A stretch of 16,974 nucleotides of DNA, taken from Paraspadella gotoi. Lineage: Eukaryota; Animalia; Chaetognatha. A model generated the notes under the pieces. It worked only from the letters and a program-made list of their open reading frames with translations. It was not told the origin of the DNA and ran no database searches. Positions 10,337 through 16,974 of this stretch are shown here, one piece after another. The DNA is taken from assembly GCA_051294375.1 (NCBI GenBank), contig CM119266.1, positions 3,764,766 through 3,781,739 on the forward strand, read 5' to 3'. A program made the translations under genes and the position numbers. Numbering within the stretch: position 1 is the stretch's first letter; each line of letters opens with the position of its first letter.

Positions 10337-10445
10337 TTTTTTATCGAGCCTTGACCGGCGAAGCCGGGTCAGGCTCTATAATGTTTTAGGGTTGCTCTTT
10401 GTGACGTAGTCGTCGTCGTCGTCGGTCGTCCCGGTCACGCTGTTT
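10337..10445 (+). mobile_element. 5' end of a second HINE/pearl-like family
   Basis: T-run, then hairpin GAGCCTTGACC-GGC-GAA-GCC-GGGTCAGGCTC (10346-10376), then TATAAT as in family 1 (GACTCTATAAT), then a (GTC)n microsatellite at 10409-10430. No 3' end identified. Confidence 0.55.
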
Positions 10446-11697
10446 TCTCATATAAAAAAACTACTACGCTTTTATAGGTTTGGCTTGTACTTACCGTTTT
10501 TTTTAAATAAAAATTATTATGAATTATGATAAATTTTACAAAGTGTGCGATCATAGTAAGTTAAAATTTAGATATGGTTTTCACTCTGAAATAGCTGTGA
10601 TTATTTTCATATTACATTTGGATTTAAGTATTTTTTGTTTGAATTTCCACTTCATTTATGTATTACTGCAATATGCAAATGAGATTAAAGTATCTCAATT
10701 ATAATATCCAAATTAGTATATAGAAATGCTTTAATCTAATTTACATATTGCAGTATATAATATTGAAGATGAAATTCAAAAAATTTGGCTATATAATTTT
10801 TAATAAAAAATTGGAACTCAAAAGATTTTTTTAATGAGAAGCTATATCTTAATTTTAATACAAATAAATAAATTAAATCTTTTACAAGCTGCGATTGGAA
10901 AAAATTGTAAAAATATTTCCAATTGTAAACAATTTGTAACATATTTTTGCCTTTCTTTTATTTCTTAAATTATTTTTACTTTTAGAAAAAAACAGGTTTC
11001 AGTCATCTCAAGTGACTGTACAGCGGCCTTCCAGCAGCTGTCCAGTGGTCTCTTGTTGACTGCTCTCTGATTTCTGACTCTCTCTAGTGATAGACTCCTT
11101 CTCGACTCTCCTTGGAGAGGTGACTCTTCTCTGTTTTTCTTATCTCTTCTCTTTCTTTCTCTCTCTCTATGTGTACTGATTTATTGTATTTGTGGTTCTA
11201 TGGTGACAAAATCGTCGTTTTTGAAATATTATCTCTATTTTATTTCCTTCGTAAAGACTATATTATTATCTCGGACCTCAGTATTATCATCTTCTCTCTC
11301 TTTGACGGTTATCGCATCAGTGTCCTAGTCATTGCGCCTGAAGGAAGGTTGAACAAAAATTGTAAAAATTATTTTATTTTTCTCTATTTGCTTTCGCAAT
11401 ACATCTTGCACAGGTTTTTCAGAATGAGAAGGTACAATCAATCAAATGAGCAGATGCAATCAATAAAATGAGCTGATGCAATCAATCGGTTTATGATTTA
11501 ATTTCAAAAAACACTTTTGTTTATCATCAAAACTTCATTTTTGACGCCAGGAATTCAAATCCTAATTTTTATTTTGAAGAATCTGGCATCATCAGTTTGG
11601 ATTCTCTGAAAAAGGTACTATCCTAACCGAAAGTAAAGTCATGACTCATGAGAATGCGGGAAAATATATATTGACGTCAGGAAAATCTATACGGCGT

Positions 11698-13420
11698 AAC
11701 AAGTTTGATCAAACAATGTCGGATCTGCCTACAATAATTAAGCGGTTGTAGAAGACGAAAATAGTAGGTAATCAGAAGATAAATTACAATTTTTTTAAAT
11801 TTTTTTAAACTCGCATCATTTTTTCCACTCACATCATTTTTTCAACTCACATAATTTTTTCAATTTGCATCATTTTTACAATTCGCATCATTTTTTCAAC
11901 TTGCATCATTTTTTTTAACTTGCGCCATTTTTATGATCATTTTTAGTGCTGATTCATGGGGAAAAAAACGAGTCTGCAGCTGGCTCTGCAGGGGCTTTTT
12001 CTTTTTCTCTCTTTTGTCATGTTGCCTCTACTGCTGCCTTTTGATTTCTTTATTTTTTTCTGGCTGCCTCTGCTGCTGCCGCTCTCTCTCTCTCTCTGCC
12101 TTTTTATTAAAAAAAAAAATTGAATTGGGATTGAACTCGTAAAATAAAGCATCGCATTTGTGCATGTTATCATTTCGCTATCGGTACATCATGTTTTTAT
12201 TTCGTTTTTATCTCTTTCTCTCTGTCTCTCTCTCTGCAATTGCGACGATCCTTATGTGAGGGGTCTTATACCCTGAGCACTACCGTCACTTTATCCGCAT
12301 TTTATATTCAACACACTAACGCTCCGAAAATTTTATTCAATCTACTTAGAGTTTAAGAATAAGTAAAAAAGATTCCAAGTAAATGATGACTCACATATTA
12401 TTTTTCATTTAAACTCATTTCGCCACTCGTAGACGAAAGCATTCTATATCAGCTTTCCATCCACACACACATTCCTACCACGACACGAAAATCTATGTAC
12501 TGCACAGTGGCTAATACATCGCCAATTATGATTAATTAGAGCTATCATTATTGGTTAAATTATAAGTAAATAGAAGATTTTAGTAAAATGCGGACATGTT
12601 ATGTTTTTTCCATTTAAAACTCATTTCCACCTCACACGAATTCCATCAAAACTTTATATCCAGCTTATCGGCAGACACTTTCCATACCCAGCACACAAAA
12701 TTTCATTCCAAGTCCAACCAGGTAAATACGAGCTTATTGATGCTGTACTTTGGCTAAGGTAGAACGGATGGATAAGACTTTGATTGACTGATTACATTAA
12801 ATCATTGATTAACTTAAATTGACTACTGAATTGAAATAATTAACTGATTAAGTATTTATATATGCATATTACATTGCATATACATTCTAATATAAAAAGA
12901 AAGAGCATAATGCAATTCTGTGAAACAGGTTTTGTTTGTTTTTTTGTCCATTTAAAACTCATTTCCGACTCATTGATTCCATCCGAAACTTGATTTCCTG
13001 TTCAATCACAACACTATGTCGCTACGCCGCACATACTGATTAGACACAAAATTCACACGGTCAAAGTCGGCCGCAAATTCACCGTCATACGGGAGCAATG
13101 TGAGTGTTCAATAGTGAAGAAATATATTTCTTTCTGTTTTTTCCAATTTAACACTCTATTTACCCAGACTCGCACGAATTCCAGTGAAAAACTTTATATC
13201 AAAGCTTATTCGACACACTTCCCACGGACGGAACGCGGTGTAACGCGGAACGAGAAACGGACAGGGCGGGCACCGGCCGCCCACGGACGGTATCGTCGGA
13301 CGGACACGGACACTCATTATTATTTGCATCAAATGTATATCAATAGAATGTCGACGATGTTTCTGACAATGAATATAAGTCTAGTCGGCCGCGACAATAT
13401 TGAGGGGCGGACCGACGACC
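11698..13420 (-). mobile_element. HINE family 1, copy D (~1.7 kb, about 4 tandem cores; terminal 5' hairpin missing)
   Basis: 3' end AACAAGTTTGATCAAACAATGTCGGATCTGCC at 11698-11729 and 19-mer array at 11807-11932. Cores start at about 12370, 12575, 12920 and 13115. ACGG-rich tract 13224-13312; conserved block 13320-13420 ending GACAATATTGAGGGGCGGACCGACGACC (cf. 9673-9703). The sequence is insertion-rich. Confidence 0.75.
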
Positions 13421-13780
13421 ACCGCCTGCTCATTTCTCGATAAGAACCGTCATGCCATCGATTGCCAATGCCTTATGCTTCCAAAAGACATGCTCAATTC
13501 TTCCTCATAACTCATCGTCCGCCTCGAATTGCCATGCCCTTTGCTCGCACGCCAAGGCTCATTTCTACATTTATTCCCAACAACACGTCTCTTATTCTAT
13601 GTATTTATAAAAAAGGCCATTTTTAAAAACAGGATTTTCATCCATTATTAATTTTTCGCCTTTCGATTTTTTTCTCATTCGATTCTCTTTTGTATTTCTC
13701 AAGAAATGAAAATTCATTACCTCGTTNNNNNNNNNNNNNNNNNNNNNNNNNGCTTATCGCTTTTAGATTTTTTTCAAAAA

Positions 13781-13965
13781 CCTGCATCATTTTTCATGCT
13801 TGCATAATTAATTGCATCATTTTTTACAAACATTTAATTATATTATATTCAACCCTACGCTGAAAATTAATATCAATCTATTAGTAAGTATTAAGAATAA
13901 TAAAAAAGATTCCAAGTAAATGTGACTAATATTTTTTTCTATTTAAACTCATTTCCACTAGGCAC
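13781..13965 (-). mobile_element. HINE family 1, internal fragment E
   Basis: TGCATCATTTTT units followed by AAAGATTCCAAGTAAATGTGACT...TTTAAACTCATTTCCACT (13905-13959). Confidence 0.7.
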
Positions 13966-14026
13966 AAAGTAATTCTCCTCACGACAGATGGCGAACGCAA
14001 ACAGATTTTCGTTTTTCTTTATTTTT

Positions 14027-14463
14027 TTAGCCAGATCTGCTTACAGCAGATTCCGGCTCTATAATTAACTTTTTTCGGTCGAAATATGAAAAATTATACA
14101 AAAAAATTAATGTCAAACCGTACGTCCGTATGGCCGTCAGACGGTCCATCCGTCTGTCCATCCCCTTTTATCTTTGAACGCCATTTACTCATGAGTAGAA
14201 AAAGCTGTTTGTAAACTTAAAATTAAGTCCGAGGGTAAGTGTATGATTGAGCTGAAAATCAAGTTTCGATGAAATCGTCTGAGTGGAAATGAGTTTAAAT
14301 GGAAAAAACCAAAAAACCTGTTTCACTATTTCATTATCCTTTTTTCTTCTTTTTATATCAATTCTAAATGCATGCCTTAATTAATTTAACAATTAATTAA
14401 TTGATCAGCTGCTTACCTCTAATGATCGTGGGCAGATCCGGCATTGTTTGCTCAAACTTGTTT
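14027..14463 (+). mobile_element. HINE family 1, copy F: short element with both termini
   Basis: 5' TTAGCCAGATCTGC-TTACA-GCAGATTCCGGCT-CTATAAT; GTCC/GTCT-rich tract 14118-14160; one core at about 14165-14327; AATT spacer; 3' subTIR GCAGATCCGGC (14432-14442); stem-loop GTTTG-CT-CAAAC; end TTGTTT. Flanked by T-runs with no TSD. Confidence 0.85.
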
Positions 14464-15084
14464 TTTCTTTTTCCGAATCGTTAGGTGTTTACATATGAAA
14501 AACTATTCTGTTATAGCGCGTNNNNNNNNNNNNNNNNNNNNNNNNNNNNNNNNNNNNNNNNNNNNNNNNNNNNNNNNNNNNNNNNNNNNNNNNNNNNNNN
14601 NNNNNNNNNNNNNNNNNNNNNNNNNNNNNNNNNNNNNNNNNNNNNNNNNNNNNNNNNNNNNNNNNNNNNNNNNNNNNNNNNNNNNNNNNNNNTCGGCGCG
14701 TCTCTCCATCTCTCGTCTCTCTCGTCCCGATCGTGATCTCTCTTGGTCTCTTTTACAGTCTAGCGAATTTCCGTTTAAGAAAATATTCCTTCCTTTACTC
14801 TGTCTCATTTTTCAAGAGATTTCTCGTTATGTTTATTCCACTCAATGTCAGGTCTAATGTCTTCTCTTCTCATTCATCATAATCTTTCATTTTTTCTTTG
14901 TTTTTNNNNNNNNNNNNNNNNNNNNNNNNNNNNNNNNNNNNNNNNNNNNNNNNNNNNNNNNNNNNNNNNNNNNNNNNNNNNNNNNNNNNNNNNNNNNNNN
15001 NNNNNNNNNNNNNNNNNNNNNNNNNNNNNNNNNNNNNNNNNNNNNNNNNNNNNNNNNNNNNNNNNNNNNNNNNNNNNNNNNNNN

Positions 15085-15117
<33 letters not shown>

Positions 15118-15118
15118 C

Positions 15119-15323
15119 ATGAATCCCCTAGCGTCGGCGCGCGACGCCGTCAGCGCCATCGACGCCACTGGCGGCGCCAACTTCGACTTTCGTTACTTCG
15201 CGGCGCCGGAAGAGGGCGCTGGGGGGGGCGGTGCTACGCCCATTGGTGGCGTGGCAAATTTCAGCGATGAAATCTCTAGTGACTCATCGAAGATCGTGAA
15301 CGAATCAGGAGCAGAGGCCGTGG
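15119..15323 (+). CDS. Probable first coding exon (extracellular N-terminus) of the class A GPCR
   Basis: GC-rich island with an acceptor-like (CT)n-CAG at 15085-15116 just before CC-ATG. Open frame MNPLASARDAVSAIDATGG...ANFSDEISSDSSKIVNESGAEAV has two N-glycosylation sequons (NFS, NES). Strong donor G|GTGAGT at 15323|15324; alternative C|GTGGGT at 15319|15320. Linkage to the downstream exon is inferred. Confidence 0.55.
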
Positions 15324-16422
15324 GTGAGTTTAAGGGTCGGGTGGGGTTAAGGGTCAGTTGGAGGGTGAAGCTCGAATGGGGGTCAGCTTCGAGGGGTCAT
15401 TCGAGGTCAGCAGTAATTTGGGGTTGATAAGTTAAGCTACGTATAAAATTATATCAACACTAACTAATCTTTTGGGTTCGAATTAAAGCTGAAGAAAAAG
15501 AGAGAATTAATTCCTTCTGTTTTTATGTCAAAAACAAAAATCGTTGAGTGAATTTCCGNNNNNNNNNNNNNNNNNNNNNNNNNNNNNNNNNNNNNNNNNN
15601 NNNNNNNNNNNNNNNNNNNNNNNNNNNNNNNNNNNNNNNNNNNNNNNNNNNNNNNNNNNNNNNNNNNNNNNNNNNNNNNNNNNNNNNNNNNNNNNNNNNN
15701 NNNNNNNNNNNNNNNNNNNNNNNNNNNNNNNNNNNNNNNNNNNNNNNNNNNNNNNNNNNNNNNNNNNNNNNNNNNNNNNNNNNNNNNNNNNNNNNNNNNN
15801 NNNNNNNNNNCTCCCGCCAAAAAAAGAAAACAACCGCCATTTTGGTTCAGGCGACAAAACGAGTTTCATTCTTTTCACTTTAGCGTTTTCCTTCTTTCCT
15901 TTTTTTGTAGTGACGATTGTAAAAATAAAAAGAGAACTACGCCCTCTTCGCTTAACTCCTCATTTAGGCCGACCACTTTCTTTTTAAATCCAACCACGTT
16001 TACGAACATAATTATGACCACATACACCTATGCAGTATGCATATCCAACCTCATTCTTTCTTACCGAATCTGTGATAAAATCAAATTAATTTTAAGAAAG
16101 AAAAAATGTAAAAAGTTTTTAAAACACTATCAAAATAAAAGAGACATAAAAAAAGAGACATAAAAANNNNNNNNNNNNNNNNNNNNNNNNNAAATTAGAA
16201 AAAAATGGTCAAAAAAGTTTTTTTTTTCTTAACAACCTATCAAAATAAAGGAAGAAACATTAATAAAAAAAATTTAAAAAAAAAAAAGAGAGCCATAAAT
16301 AAAAAAAAAAAAAAAAAAAAAAGAGACTTAATAAAAAGAACAAACAAGAATTTTTTGATTTCAATTAAAAAAAAATAAATTAAATATCATATTTCCGCCC
16401 CCCCCCCCCCCGCACTTTCCAG

Positions 16423-16671
16423 AGTCGGAATTTCGTACCGCCACGCCGCGCCACCGCCGCCGCTCTGAAACTTTATCCGCCGCCCTTCGTCATCGCCTTT
16501 GGAACTCTATTCAATCTCGTCACCTTCGTCATTATGCGTCGACGGCGCATGCGCAGAATGAGCGTCTGCTTCTACATGGGGACTCTCGCCATCGCCGATA
16601 CAATTGTGCTGTACGATGGATATCTGGTTTATTGGTTGCACAACATCAACAAGAATTACACGCTGTTGTAT
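16423..16671 (+). CDS. Internal exon of a rhodopsin-like (class A, 7tm_1) GPCR, probably neuropeptide-receptor-like: TM1, ICL1, TM2, start of ECL1
   Basis: Acceptor C-run+CTTTCCAG (to 16422) and donor TAT|GTAAGT (16671|16672). Translation ...ALKLYPPPFVIAFGTLFNLVTFVIMRRRRMRRMSVCFYMGTLAIADTIVLYDGYLVYWLHNINKNYTLLY shows TM1 Asn1.50, a basic ICL1 and the TM2 LAxAD motif. The gene continues beyond the window. Confidence 0.88.
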
Positions 16672-16677
16672 GTAAGT

Positions 16678-16719
16678 GATGGAGTTAGCTGGGGTAATGA
16701 TGGAGTGAGCTGGGGTAGT
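16678..16719. repeat. 21-bp tandem duplication GATGGAGT(T/G)AGCTGGGGTA(A/G)T at the intron start
   Basis: Two adjacent copies seen directly. Confidence 0.85.
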
Positions 16720-16974
16720 AAGGGGAGAGAACGAGGGGAACTGGTTATCCAATTCTAAAAGAGATGATTATATTTATCACGGTTCCCTAGACACCCCGAA
16801 AAAGAAAATAGAAATAACCCATTTTTGAAACACAAAAAAATGAAAAATATAATGTTTTTACTACATCGTAGTGAAGTCGAAAAATTCTGATCCAAGCAAG
16901 TTTTTTTTTAATAGAATTTTAAAGTTTTGTTATCATTTTTCATACAAAATAATGAGAAACTAATCAACGACTTT

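Noticed and set aside
10995-11135. Possible minus-strand exon (short open frame QRRVTSPRRVEKESITRES...)
   Set aside because: No polypyrimidine acceptor on that strand and no recognisable protein similarity
14444-15987. ORFs spanning N gaps
   Set aside because: Their length is an artefact of undefined bases
16507-16752. Minus-strand 81-aa ORF
   Set aside because: Antisense shadow of the GPCR exon; the + strand has the motifs and splice sites
16534-16758. ORF-track call starting at MRRRRM as a standalone 74-aa protein
   Set aside because: The frame is open upstream to the acceptor at 16422, and the part after 16671 is intron (GTAAGT donor)

Overview
AT-rich eukaryotic (animal-like) draft-assembly sequence with six N gaps and several stretches that look like noisy long-read fill. 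There is no prokaryotic gene content, and nearly all ORFs in the supplied track are low-complexity or repeat artefacts. About 0.4-14.5 kb is dominated by one family of non-autonomous Helentron-type elements (HINE / DINE-1 / pearl-like). Their architecture is a 5' subTIR GTCGGATCTGC with an adjacent inverted copy, a short conserved block, a (GTCY)n microsatellite, tandem ~160-bp cores, AT-rich spacers, then a 3' subTIR, a small stem-loop and TGTTT. One copy is end-to-end intact (14027-14463). Another (about 3575-9703) appears split by two nested ~2.2-kb inverted-repeat elements, one of them hAT-like. The window also holds the 5' end of a second HINE-like family (10337-10445), a tRNA-like/SINE-like head (158-257) and several minisatellites. 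The right end contains the first exons of a + strand rhodopsin-like (class A) GPCR gene: a probable N-terminal exon at 15119-15323 and a clear TM1-ICL1-TM2 exon at 16423-16671. I found no convincing new biological system; the best leads are the element family, its nested insertions and the GPCR exon-phase problem. HINE strands follow the DINE-1 convention, and element boundaries are approximate manual alignments.
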